Below are positions 36,582 to 45,643 of a stretch of 64,000 bases of DNA, piece after piece. The translations under genes and the position numbers were made by a program. Within the stretch, counting starts at the first letter, position 1. Every line of letters starts with the position of its first letter. The DNA is from a virus. The notes beneath the pieces were generated by a model. It saw only the letters and a program-made list of their open reading frames with translations, did not search any database and was not told the origin of the DNA. The DNA lies in the IMG/VR virus record IMGVR_UViG_3300035701_000002; one strand, written 5' to 3'.

Positions 36582-37493
36582 CTATGGGTTTACGGTCAGG
36601 GTCACCGGGATGGACACCGGACCGTTGGATGCGTTCGGGGAGGAGATCATGACGATCTCGGAGTAGACGCCGGGTATGAGGGGGACGCCCGCCGGAACGA
36701 CGGAGAAGGTCAGTATGGCGCTCCCGGCCGGCGCTAGAGGGCCTCCGCCGACGGGGACGAACGAAAGCCACGGACTGTTGTTGTTGACCTTCGAGGCCGA
36801 GAAGGAAAGGCTCGAGTTCGGAGGGCCCGAGTTCGAGACGGTGATGGCGACGGCGCCGCCCGGAATAGCCCCGGTGATCGTGTACGACAGGGGGACCGTG
36901 GACGGGGAAACGGCGATCGAAGGCCTCGGGAGGACGACGACGTTCACGGTGATCGGGATGACCGTAGGGGGAGTCCGGTTGTCCTGAAGGTTCACATGGC
37001 CGGAGTAAGGAGATCCGGAAGCCAGAAGAAGAGCCGGGTTTATCTGGACGGTAACCTGGCCCTGATCGTTCTTGTTCAGGCCGGCTACGGTCGACGGGCT
37101 GGCCGAAAGCCACGGTGAGTCGGGGGTCGAAACGACCGTCAGGAAGGATCCGAAAGCCCCGACGTTCTGGAACGGGACGGCCGCGACGAGCGAGGACGGG
37201 TCGCCCTCAGTGAGAGTGACGCTGTAGACGGTCGGAGTCGCGCCAACCAGGGCGAGGAGCGGGGCGAGCTGCTGCTGGAGCTGAGATATGCAGCTCGCCA
37301 TCTCGAGCACGATGTCCCCGGGGATCGGGACGTCGACGGCCCCGAGCTTGCCAAACGGGGATATGATGTCGGCCACCTGGTAGACCTGGGACGAGCTCTG
37401 GACGTTCGTCGCGCGCACAGTCCAGTACCAAGTTCCGCCGACGGAAATCTTGTCGAACGTAAAACCGCCTGCGGCTACATGGCTGCCCATCAC
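36582..37493 (-). CDS. Ig-like/BACON-type all-beta repeat protein (303 aa), virion surface or decoration candidate
   Basis: Pro/Ser/Thr/Val-rich beta repeats (PVSIPVTLTVNP, PTVIPITVNVVVLP) typical of Ig-like domains. Confidence 0.5.
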   Translation of the reverse strand: MMGSHVAAGGFTFDKISVGGTWYWTVRATNVQSSSQVYQVADIISPFGKLGAVDVPIPGDIVLEMASCISQLQQQLAPLLALVGATPTVYSVTLTEGDPSSLVAAVPFQNVGAFGSFLTVVSTPDSPWLSASPSTVAGLNKNDQGQVTVQINPALLLASGSPYSGHVNLQDNRTPPTVIPITVNVVVLPRPSIAVSPSTVPLSYTITGAIPGGAVAITVSNSGPPNSSLSFSASKVNNNSPWLSFVPVGGGPLAPAGSAILTFSVVPAGVPLIPGVYSEIVMISSPNASNGPVSIPVTLTVNP

Positions 37494-37544
37494 GGACGGG
37501 CGGCGAAAAGAAGCCCAACCTAGGACGGAAGTGTACCCTGGACC

Positions 37545-38066
37545 ATGGCGCTATGGGATTGGGAGGGCGGGGATCCGAAGTGGTCGTTCGTGGTGGACAC
37601 GGACTCGTACGCCGGAAACTTCGAGCGGGAGATGAGCAGCTACATAGTCGGGCAGTGCGACGAGTACGGGGACCACCGCGGAGGCCCGTACAAGAAGATG
37701 TACATGAAGGACTTCAAGGGCAAGGACCCCTTCGAGAACCTGGTTGAGGAACGGGTCAGCGACCCGGGGGACGACGGCATTATGCGCGCCCCGATGGACC
37801 TAGCCCCGACGCCCGGATATGAGAGCAACGGCGCGGGGGGCACCCTCTATTTTGCGTCGTCATGTCCAAAACATCCGGCCTACAACTCGGTGGCGATCTT
37901 CCTTAGCAGAAGGCCGACGGCGAAGGAGCTCACGATGCTGGCCGACAGGGCCAGGAGGTTCGCCGGGGCGACGAAGATTTTCGGGGAGACGCTGAAGGTC
38001 ATCGGATGCAGGCTGGTCAAGGAGACGGTCCTGCTGGAGTCCGAGGACGTTGTTGCCCCGGAGTAG
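37545..38066 (+). CDS. hypothetical protein (173 aa)
   Basis: ORF with normal composition; plus-strand island. Confidence 0.5.
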   Translation: MALWDWEGGDPKWSFVVDTDSYAGNFEREMSSYIVGQCDEYGDHRGGPYKKMYMKDFKGKDPFENLVEERVSDPGDDGIMRAPMDLAPTPGYESNGAGGTLYFASSCPKHPAYNSVAIFLSRRPTAKELTMLADRARRFAGATKIFGETLKVIGCRLVKETVLLESEDVVAPE

Positions 38067-38322
38067 GACCGCCGGCCCCAGGAGAGAGGCCCACGACTGG
38101 GAGCACGGATGGAAGGACGTGCCGTCCGGGAAGATATACCCGTATGACCACGGACTTCCGTTCGAGGTGGCCCAAGACAGGCTCGTGAGATCCTGGAGGT
38201 GCAGGAGGTGCGGCGCATCGGAGAGTTCGAGCCGCAGGCCGTCCGTGTACAAAAAGGTCTACGCCGGAATGAAGAACCTTCTGTGCGACGAGTACGTGAC
38301 CTGGCAGGTCATGGAGTCATAG
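38050..38322 (+). CDS. small zinc-ribbon protein (90 aa), HDW/CxxC paralog, tail VTWQVMES
   Basis: ...EAHDWEHGW...SWRCRRCG...LLC...VTWQVMES*. Confidence 0.5.
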   Translation: MLPRSRTAGPRREAHDWEHGWKDVPSGKIYPYDHGLPFEVAQDRLVRSWRCRRCGASESSSRRPSVYKKVYAGMKNLLCDEYVTWQVMES

Positions 38323-38325
38323 AGG

Positions 38326-39102
38326 TCACTCGATCGGGAGTATCTGAGCGTCCCCGCGGTCCCGGAACTGAGGGAGCGAGACTTCGTGAAGGATGTTGAA
38401 GTGCTTGTCCGAGATGGCGAAGAACACGGTGTAGTACTTTCCGTACCTCGAATTCTCGATCGAATCCTCGAGGTCCTTCTCCGCCCTCTCGACCTCCTGG
38501 GAGTCCCTGCCCTGCTTCCGGAGCATATGAGCTCGGACCAGGAGCTCCTTCGCCTCCTCGGCGATGAGGTCCTTCACCTTCTGGAGCGCCCGGAAGAACC
38601 TGTGGCGGACGCGTCCCTGCGTCAGGTTCATCTGCTTGGCTATCTCCGACTGACAGGTGGTCTCATACATCCTCCACAGGATCTCACGGTCTTGATCCGA
38701 GAACTTCGGGCCGAGCTCCAGGTCGAACTGCTCCTGGTCGAGCTCCGGGATTGTCCTCAGAAACTGGATGCGCTTGATGCCGCGGTGCAGCCTGTACGAG
38801 ACGGCCGCCTGCGTGATGCGGAACAGCTTGGCTATCTGCTCCTGCTTCATTTTGTCGTGGTGGTAGAGGCGTATGAGGTCAGCCTCGCGTGGCGGGATGC
38901 GATCCAGATAGTGCTCGATGGACCCGAAGTCGAGGGACTGGCCGTCGGCGTTCAGCTCCTCTTCGGCGTCCGGAGCGAGACGGTTCTCGATCAGGTCCTC
39001 CAGGTCCTGTTCGGAATCCGGGTCATAGCCGAGACGATTCTCGTTGCTGAACCTGGACGAAAGTGACGACGGATCCTGAATGAGGATGTGAGATATAGAC
39101 AT
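38326..39102 (-). CDS. transcription factor with two tandem sigma-70 region-4-like HTH domains (no region 2)
   Basis: ADLIRLYHHDKMKQEQIAKLFRITQAAVSYRLHRGIKRI and REILWRMYETTCQSEIAKQMNLTQGRVRHRFFRALQKVKDL both match the sigma-70 r4 / ECF r4 pattern. Confidence 0.55.
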   Translation of the reverse strand: MSISHILIQDPSSLSSRFSNENRLGYDPDSEQDLEDLIENRLAPDAEEELNADGQSLDFGSIEHYLDRIPPREADLIRLYHHDKMKQEQIAKLFRITQAAVSYRLHRGIKRIQFLRTIPELDQEQFDLELGPKFSDQDREILWRMYETTCQSEIAKQMNLTQGRVRHRFFRALQKVKDLIAEEAKELLVRAHMLRKQGRDSQEVERAEKDLEDSIENSRYGKYYTVFFAISDKHFNILHEVSLPQFRDRGDAQILPIE

Positions 39103-39105
39103 CTG

Positions 39106-39130
39106 CCTCCGGCCAGCGCGTTCCCGCGCG
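39106..39130 (-). promoter_or_regulatory. 5'-leader hairpin GCGCG-GGAA-CGCGC immediately upstream of the GGAGG Shine-Dalgarno of the sigma-like gene
   Basis: Inverted repeat gcgcg ttcc cgcgc at 39115-39128. GGAGG sits 7 nt before the ATG. Confidence 0.35.
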
Positions 39131-39245
39131 AAAGTGTTCCGTATGCGTATACGTATGGGCTCAGAGCCGGGTGCGTATCCGTTTCGGTATCGGTCTCTAC
39201 GGAGGACTCAGTATGGCCGGAGGTCCGTCGAGTTAACACTACCAG

Positions 39246-40253
39246 TCAGATGTCGAGGAGCCAACTTTCTACCGGGACGGGGGTGGCGGAGCGGGGTCCG
39301 ATTTTGAAGCCCGAGAAGTCAATCGACTTCATTCCGAGGTCCTCCCGGCACAGGTCCTTGGCCGCAGAGACGTCCTCGGAGCCGGGCCTCCTGCAGGCCT
39401 CGACGTCCAGACTCGAGTCGAGGCCGACGAGGTCGAAGTTCAAGGCAACCCGGTCCCTCAGGGACACAGTGGCCTCCCGCTCGGCCTTCGAGAGACCAGG
39501 GAGGCCGGAGGCGTACAAGGATGAGACGTCCGGGTGGGAGCAAAGGGCTGCGGCAAGCTTCTTCCGGATCCGGGGGACGCCCGGGATAGAATCGGACGAG
39601 TCGCCGGTCAGGCTCTTGAACATGCGTATCTGGGACGGGAGAACGCGGACCTTGTAGAGCTTCTCCATGTGGTCACCGACGCGCTCAGCGTCAAAGAAGC
39701 CGTCGTGGCCGGGCCTGTAGAGGACGACGCGATCGTCGACGAGCTGGAAGAAATCCTTGTCGGAGGAGACGATGATGTGGACCTCCCCGGGCCTGGAGTG
39801 GACAAAGCTGGCTATCAGGTCGTCGGCCTCCTCCCGCGGATCGTGGTAGACGTCGAACCCGAGCATGCGGATGATGTGGGAGAGCAGGTCCATCTCGCCG
39901 CGAACGGTCCTCCCGTCCCTGAGGGTCATGAGCGGCATGTCGTCGGACGGGGACATCTTGATTCCATGAGCGTCCCTGCCGGCCTTATACCCGGGGTCCA
40001 TGGCTAGCCGCCGCGCCGGGGTCCCGTCGAAGAAGACCGAGACGGACGTGGGGGACTGGATGTCGTAGAGCCAGGACGAGAGCATGGAAAGGAACCCGTA
40101 GGCTATCCCCGTCGGAAATCCGGACGGGCTGCACAGGATCGGCTTCCCCTCCTTGAGCCTATTCTCCACGAAGACATAGTAAGCCCTGTGGAGAAGGTTG
40201 TTCCCGTCCACGAGGACGTTCCTGCGGATCTCCGACCCTCCGACGGACCTCAT
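39246..40253 (-). CDS. 5'-3' exonuclease / flap endonuclease (Pol I 5'-nuclease family)
   Basis: Motifs LVDGNNLLHRAYY, FFDGTPARR, SSDKDFFQLV, and H3TH LTGDSSDSIPGVPRIRKK. Confidence 0.8.
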   Translation of the reverse strand: MRSVGGSEIRRNVLVDGNNLLHRAYYVFVENRLKEGKPILCSPSGFPTGIAYGFLSMLSSWLYDIQSPTSVSVFFDGTPARRLAMDPGYKAGRDAHGIKMSPSDDMPLMTLRDGRTVRGEMDLLSHIIRMLGFDVYHDPREEADDLIASFVHSRPGEVHIIVSSDKDFFQLVDDRVVLYRPGHDGFFDAERVGDHMEKLYKVRVLPSQIRMFKSLTGDSSDSIPGVPRIRKKLAAALCSHPDVSSLYASGLPGLSKAEREATVSLRDRVALNFDLVGLDSSLDVEACRRPGSEDVSAAKDLCREDLGMKSIDFSGFKIGPRSATPVPVESWLLDI

Positions 40254-40450
40254 GTCCAGCCGTGCCTTCTAAGGAGCTCTTGATACTCGGGTCCGTCCTC
40301 GAGCATCCACTTCCCGCCGTGCATATAGAGCCTGCGCCCCTGCTCGTCATAGGTGCACCCGCCGCACCGCATGGGGGCGACCATGCTGGCCGCAAGCTCA
40401 TTGCGCTGTTCTGGAGTGAGCTTCAAGATCTGCTCGGCGGTCATCTTCAC
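40250..40450 (-). CDS. small CxxC protein (66 aa)
   Basis: ...APMRCGGCTYDEQ... Confidence 0.4.
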   Translation of the reverse strand: MKMTAEQILKLTPEQRNELAASMVAPMRCGGCTYDEQGRRLYMHGGKWMLEDGPEYQELLRRHGWT

Positions 40451-41052
40451 AGGTCCACCTTCTCGAGATACGACGCGGGAAAGTCCATGAACATGGGCTT
40501 CGACCTGAGGCTAAGGCAGACCTGGACGACCTCGCCGCCATCGTACACGCACGAGATCTTCCCGGTCAGGTTCTTGTAGCTCCCCTTCACGACCTTCACC
40601 CGGTTGTCCTCGGAGAAGCCGCCGATCTTCATGACCTTCATGCCCACACGCATTGGATCAAGGTCTTTGTCGTCGAGGAGAGAGTATATGGTCTTCCTGG
40701 CGCCGTCCACGAACGCGGACTTTGAAAGAACTGTGGAGAAGTAGGTTGTCTCCTGAAGAGAGTTGTAGACAATCCCGTCGGAGAACCTGACGAACACGTA
40801 TCCGTCCGAGTACCACGTGGTGAGCGAGTCGTCCAAGCCCTTCTGGGATATGGCCGGGACGAAGACCTCGAGCTCGCGCCGCTTCAGTATCTGATGGACG
40901 GCCCGGACGATCAGGCTGATATTCTTCTCCCTCTCACCCAGCTGCGTAAGCTGGACTACGACCCACTTTGTGGAAAGAACGAGGACCGGAGGGGGAGCGC
41001 CCTTGGCGGCCTTAGTGCGCTTTTTTGAACCTTTGGACAAAGCCACGAGCAA
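40447..41052 (-). CDS. NusG/Spt5-like transcription elongation/antitermination factor (NGN + KOW)
   Basis: NGN-type N-terminus KWVVVQLTQLGEREKN. KOW-type GMKVMKIGGFSEDNRVKVVKGSYKNLTGKISCV. Confidence 0.6.
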   Translation of the reverse strand: MLVALSKGSKKRTKAAKGAPPPVLVLSTKWVVVQLTQLGEREKNISLIVRAVHQILKRRELEVFVPAISQKGLDDSLTTWYSDGYVFVRFSDGIVYNSLQETTYFSTVLSKSAFVDGARKTIYSLLDDKDLDPMRVGMKVMKIGGFSEDNRVKVVKGSYKNLTGKISCVYDGGEVVQVCLSLRSKPMFMDFPASYLEKVDL

Positions 41053-42433
41053 ACTCCTTATCCGGGATCGGAATCCTCGACGAGTCCAACTCTACCTCTG
41101 CAGACGGACCCTGGGCAGACGAAGGAGGCTGTGTTCGCGGCGTCATCTCAATTCTTGAGTCAAGCGTCGTAAGACTCTCTTCTCTAGTGAACTTGATCCC
41201 GTCGACCTCGAGCGGGGGAGCGTGTACCTGCGGGGAGGGGATCCTGGCGACGGGAGTGGTGACGGCGGGAGTGATCGGGGTTATGGTGGAAACCGGGATG
41301 ACAACGGAAGCCGGAATGATGGTGGAAGCCGGAATGATGGTGGAAGCTGCCGCCGGGGCTGCCGCCGGGGCTGCCGCCGGGGCTGCCGCCAGGGTTGGGG
41401 CGAAGGACGGAAAGACATTCGCCGACGGGTGATCAGCAATCAGGGCAGCCTCAATGGAGGAAGCCATGGGCTTGTCCATCGATCCGAGAATTCTGGCCAG
41501 ATCCGCCCATCTCCTGCCGCGAGACTGATAGAAAGCGCTTCCGAAGGGGAAGGTAGCCCGGGCTCCGACGCTCGTCCTCAAAGCGCTAGATATGGCCAGA
41601 ACTATATTGTCACGCACCCATACCGGACCTTCTGAACCCATCAGGGCATCGAGGTCATCGAGTGCCAGGGACGGGTCAGAGTCGATTCGAGAGAGAATCG
41701 AGGCCAGAGTCTCGAGGCTCGCATACCTGAAATGGGCCTTTACGGCGTCGAGGGTAATCGACGGCGCGAGGAGCTCGAGAGTGGTGAGGCAGTTCCTCGG
41801 ACACATCTCGAGAGAGCGAGCGATGAAGCCAAGAGCCTCAGGATCGCACTGGACGCCCTCCAACCGGCACACGTAGTCCATCCTCGCGACGATCTCAGCC
41901 TCGGACGGGGCAACCACAGGGAACTCCGTGACCCTGGACCTGATGGCACCCTGGATCTTGCTTGGCTCCGTAGTACAGAGAATGACGACCAGACGCCTGT
42001 CTTCGACGGACTTCAGAAGGGCGTCCTGGGCCTGCTTGGAGAGACGGTGGGCCTCGTCCATAACGAAAACAAATGGCTTGCCGCTCAGATTCCCGTATTC
42101 AAGACCGTCCACTATCGACCGCATGTGGTCGACCGTCCCCTGGGTTGCGGCGTCGAACTCTTCGAACGAGTCAGACGACTCGTGCGTCACGGACGTGCAT
42201 GAGGCGCATTCCCCGCACGGCTCGCCGTCCCTGAGGTCGTCACAGACCACAGCTCTGGCGACTATCCTGGCGAGTGACGTCTTCCCGCACCCCTTCGGAC
42301 CACCGAACATGATAGAGCGGTCCGCAAGGCGCCCCCCGGAGGCGAGCTTCAGAAGCAAGCGCACCACCGCCTGGTTACCGACTATGTCGGAAAGACGGCG
42401 CGGACGGTACTTCAGATCGAAGTTCGGCATCAC
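41012..42433 (-). CDS. dnaX: DnaX-like clamp-loader AAA+ ATPase (gamma/tau homolog) with zinc module
   Basis: Walker A GPKGCGKTS, zinc module CGECASC, Walker B FVMDEAH, sensor SRVTEF. Confidence 0.7.
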   Translation of the reverse strand: MMPNFDLKYRPRRLSDIVGNQAVVRLLLKLASGGRLADRSIMFGGPKGCGKTSLARIVARAVVCDDLRDGEPCGECASCTSVTHESSDSFEEFDAATQGTVDHMRSIVDGLEYGNLSGKPFVFVMDEAHRLSKQAQDALLKSVEDRRLVVILCTTEPSKIQGAIRSRVTEFPVVAPSEAEIVARMDYVCRLEGVQCDPEALGFIARSLEMCPRNCLTTLELLAPSITLDAVKAHFRYASLETLASILSRIDSDPSLALDDLDALMGSEGPVWVRDNIVLAISSALRTSVGARATFPFGSAFYQSRGRRWADLARILGSMDKPMASSIEAALIADHPSANVFPSFAPTLAAAPAAAPAAAPAAASTIIPASTIIPASVVIPVSTITPITPAVTTPVARIPSPQVHAPPLEVDGIKFTREESLTTLDSRIEMTPRTQPPSSAQGPSAEVELDSSRIPIPDKEFARGFVQRFKKAH

Positions 42434-42454
42434 AGGATGTTACAGCCGAGAGGT

Positions 42455-42982
42455 CTACTTGCCTTTCAGGCAGTCCCCGAGCTCGGCGAGCCCGTCGTTC
42501 CACCTACCATTGCGCTCAGCGACTTCGGCGAACTCCTGGACTTGCGGAGGACGAATGCTGTACTTCATCTCACCGGACTTCTCGTCTTCCTCCCCAGTAC
42601 ACCTGGTGAGAAGATGGTCCACGAGGGCGGTCCGCTGGGTGGGCTGGAGCTCGTTCCACACGTCCAGGGCGACGGTCATGATGAAATCGGGCTCGTCGTC
42701 TTCCCCGTCGAAGTAGTGACCGCCAAGATGGCGCTCGAGAGGGGAAGCCTTCTTCACAGTCCCGGGGACGGGAATCCCGCCCTGCTTCTGAGACTTGTTG
42801 CGACAGAGATAGACGATATTGGCGGAGGCGATCTCGGAATGGTGCTTCGGAATGAGCTTCTCGGCGATGGTCTTGGCAGTGTCGAAGTCCGCGATGATGA
42901 GCGGGTCGGGCTCCGCCCGCTGCTTCTTGTCCGCGACCGCGTCGTTGATCTTCTTGCCATTGCTAATGTGAACAGTCGTCAT
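42455..42982 (-). CDS. hypothetical protein (175 aa)
   Basis: ORF with normal composition. Confidence 0.45.
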   Translation of the reverse strand: MTTVHISNGKKINDAVADKKQRAEPDPLIIADFDTAKTIAEKLIPKHHSEIASANIVYLCRNKSQKQGGIPVPGTVKKASPLERHLGGHYFDGEDDEPDFIMTVALDVWNELQPTQRTALVDHLLTRCTGEEDEKSGEMKYSIRPPQVQEFAEVAERNGRWNDGLAELGDCLKGK

Positions 42983-43776
42983 GCGTTCCTCCGCTCGAGA
43001 GCCTTGTTGAAGTATCGGGTGAAGGCCTCGTCCCCGACCCTCTTCCAGTAGTCGCCAGGATCTTTGTCCTTAGGCCCGATGCGAGGATATCTTACGTCGA
43101 CGACATCGAACCCGGATCCGTTCCTCTCCAAGAACGACTTCACTCCCCTCCTCCCGGCCTCATCCATGTCCAAACACATGATGACCCTACGGGCGAAGCG
43201 GCGCACAAACTGCATCTGGGACTTGCTCAGGCCGGACGTAGTGAGGGCGAGAACATTCGGCGTAGCGAGGCGCTCCATGATCAGGTGATCGCCAGGTCCC
43301 TCCACGAGGACGACCTCCTTGGAGGCCCATATCTCGCGGAAGTTCATCTGCGATCCGAAGAAATAACCCTCAGGGCGGCGCTGAAGGACGAAGGTATCGT
43401 AGGACTTCTCGGCTATGGACCTGACCTGGAACCCGACAACAGATCCGGAGTACGAGGTCAGGGGGAACACAACGCAGCCGAGAATCTTTCGGCCCACAAC
43501 ACGGTCTCTGCCGACGCCCTCAATCTCCTCCCAAACGGAGGACCACTGCCTATAACGGCACGCGTCACACCAGAAAGCCCTCTTCTCTTTGTCAGAGCAG
43601 TCGTCGGAATGGCCGGGATGCGACTGCGGGTCGACGTCGAAGTCCCCGGCCACATAACCGAGACGATGCCGGGCCCACTGGTCCTTGGACACGCCCCTCC
43701 CCGAGAGGTACGCCTGAGCTTCTTCGCTCTCCAGGAGACCGGCGTGCGCCCAGTCAAGAAACTGCTCTACGAACAT
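42979..43776 (-). CDS. DnaG-type primase core (TOPRIM domain)
   Basis: VVLVEGPGDHLIMERL and IMCLDMDEAGRRG match the TOPRIM E...DxD pattern. A Cys pair CDAC lies upstream. Confidence 0.6.
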   Translation of the reverse strand: MFVEQFLDWAHAGLLESEEAQAYLSGRGVSKDQWARHRLGYVAGDFDVDPQSHPGHSDDCSDKEKRAFWCDACRYRQWSSVWEEIEGVGRDRVVGRKILGCVVFPLTSYSGSVVGFQVRSIAEKSYDTFVLQRRPEGYFFGSQMNFREIWASKEVVLVEGPGDHLIMERLATPNVLALTTSGLSKSQMQFVRRFARRVIMCLDMDEAGRRGVKSFLERNGSGFDVVDVRYPRIGPKDKDPGDYWKRVGDEAFTRYFNKALERRNA

Positions 43777-44369
43777 CAGCCCCCGGCGGGCGGGCAGAAC
43801 GCAAACCCGTTCTTCACGTTATGAAGAACGATGCTGGACCTGCCGCCGACGAACTGAGTGTACATCCCGACGAAGTCCGGCCTCGAGAGGAATACCGGGA
43901 AGGAGACCTTGCACGGATAGACCCTACAGATCTTCCTGTACACGCCGGAGTCGGTGTCCCCGCCCATGGACTTGGACAGGGCCTCAGGGGTCCATGAGTC
44001 AGGGACGAGGCATGCGTGCGGCTGGGAGCTGACGCCGGCGGCACTCTGCACGTAGGCAAAGGCCTTGGTCGCCGCCGTCTTCCCGGAGAAGACGTTCGGC
44101 CACTTCTCTGTCAGGGAGAGAGCGTAGGCCGCGGATGCCATATCGCCGATAACGTCGTCAATCCTGTCGGAGTCGTGGGTGAAGACTCCGGAACGGATCC
44201 TGTCGTCCTTCGTCAGCTTCCTGGAGACGAGAAACTTGTTGCTGCGACTCGAGCTCACCACGGCAGGAAGGAAGCCCTTCTTCGCGGGGGTCTCCATCCA
44301 GAGGGGGACGGCGTCCAGACCCTTCTTAGACCTGTGGAGGTCGTGGTCGAGGATCTTCAGGAGAATCAC
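43776..44369 (-). CDS. hypothetical protein (197 aa)
   Basis: ORF with normal composition. Confidence 0.45.
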   Translation of the reverse strand: MILLKILDHDLHRSKKGLDAVPLWMETPAKKGFLPAVVSSSRSNKFLVSRKLTKDDRIRSGVFTHDSDRIDDVIGDMASAAYALSLTEKWPNVFSGKTAATKAFAYVQSAAGVSSQPHACLVPDSWTPEALSKSMGGDTDSGVYRKICRVYPCKVSFPVFLSRPDFVGMYTQFVGGRSSIVLHNVKNGFAFCPPAGG

Positions 44370-44977
44370 GGTTCACCGTCCTGCCCGGTCTCAGGCGGAG
44401 TGTTGGGTGACGGACTACCCCACAGGTCCTTCGAAAGAGACTCGGGCGGGAGGAGGTGCGTCGGCTTTGAGGGTCTAAAGAGCTTGGCCCGAATCCAGAA
44501 GCCAAACCGCTCGAGGAGGGTGAGAGGCAGCTCATGCACGCGCTCGCCGAGAACCCACTGGAGGGTTGCCACGTCCCTGTAGTTGTTGAAGACGTACTCG
44601 TCGTCCGCCATGAGCTCAAGGAAGTCCTGCTTGGCCTGATCGAGGTCGACCGACGGGGTGAAAACCTTGCAGGCCCTCGCCACTTCATCGCTGTCACATA
44701 TGTCGCCGTTCCAGCCGGACGGGTCTCCGGACCCGTACATGCAAAGGCATATCGGCTTGTCCTCGTTGAGGACGACGAGTGAGACCCGGCGGCTGGGGAC
44801 CATCTTGCCCTCGGCCCGCACTTTGGGCACGGGGGCGGTAGGAACGGGGGACGGCATGTGCTCATAGTTGTGAACGCAGTTCACGTGGATCCTCTGCTGG
44901 GAGGCCTCCACATACTTGCGAGCATACCTTTCCCTGAGCTTCCGAAGGCGCTTCTCTATGTCTTCCCTGGTCTTCAC
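44366..44977 (-). CDS. hypothetical protein (203 aa)
   Basis: ORF with normal composition. Confidence 0.45.
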   Translation of the reverse strand: MKTREDIEKRLRKLRERYARKYVEASQQRIHVNCVHNYEHMPSPVPTAPVPKVRAEGKMVPSRRVSLVVLNEDKPICLCMYGSGDPSGWNGDICDSDEVARACKVFTPSVDLDQAKQDFLELMADDEYVFNNYRDVATLQWVLGERVHELPLTLLERFGFWIRAKLFRPSKPTHLLPPESLSKDLWGSPSPNTPPETGQDGEP

Positions 44978-44995
44978 GAGGATCCTGGTTCTGCG

Positions 44996-45643
44996 TCAGG
45001 ACTGGTCGTCGCTGTGGCTCACTCTGAGCCTCTTCAGCTTCAAGCTCCCGTCCTTATGGCCCTCGTACGCTACGTGAGCGTGGTTCAGGAACTCAGGGTT
45101 GTGCGTGACCATGAGTATGTTCACGCCCGTCTGTTCGGACAGCTGGCGCATGAAGGAAGCGGCGAGGGGGACGTACGCGTTGGCGAGAGCCACCATTGAC
45201 TCGTCGAGGAGAAGAAGGTTCGCCATCTTCATCCTCGCCATCACGGCGATGCGAAGGACGAGGGAGATTATCACGGCCGTACCTCCACCGTAAGAAGAGA
45301 GAGGATCGCCCTCGTTGCCGTCCTCTTCGAGGACGAATCGCATGGAGAGACGGTTGTACTTGGGTTCCTGCTTGATCTTGAAGGTCAGCTCCTGATCGTA
45401 GACCACGTGCCGGAGGCCGGTGGTGGCCAGCTCGGCCATCGAGTCAACGTTCTTCTTCATCGAGTCCTCAAGCCAGGTCTTGAAGACCTCAGAGCACTTT
45501 TGGTGAAGGTCGGACCTGTAGCGGAGCTTCTTTTCGTCGGACTCGAGAGAGTCGATCTGTGCCTGCAGGACGCTCCTGTACGAGGTGAGGTGCTGGACCC
45601 CGTCGCGAACGTCGGACAGCCTTTTCTCAAGGAGGGTGTTCAC
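44996..45643 (-). CDS. SMC/RecF/SbcC-like ABC ATPase, C-terminal half only (signature, Walker B, H-loop; no Walker A)
   Basis: Coiled-coil N-terminal part, then SSYGGGTAVIISLVLRIA (signature-like), LLLLDESM (Walker B) and MVTHN (H-loop). No GxxxxGK[ST] anywhere in the 215 aa. Confidence 0.5.
   Translation of the reverse strand: MNTLLEKRLSDVRDGVQHLTSYRSVLQAQIDSLESDEKKLRYRSDLHQKCSEVFKTWLEDSMKKNVDSMAELATTGLRHVVYDQELTFKIKQEPKYNRLSMRFVLEEDGNEGDPLSSYGGGTAVIISLVLRIAVMARMKMANLLLLDESMVALANAYVPLAASFMRQLSEQTGVNILMVTHNPEFLNHAHVAYEGHKDGSLKLKRLRVSHSDDQS

Noticed and set aside
35352-36737. 461-aa plus-strand ORF
   Set aside because: Arg/Gly/Val-rich and fully antisense to the acidic 34995..36281 gene.
36292-37113. 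273-aa minus-strand ORF, Arg/Pro-rich
   Set aside because: Overlaps the Ig-like gene 36582..37493 in another frame. Its composition is not protein-like.
39088-39657. 189-aa plus-strand ORF spanning the sigma-like leader and the FEN 3' end
   Set aside because: Ser/Arg-rich. It spans an intergenic regulatory region and runs antisense into the FEN gene.
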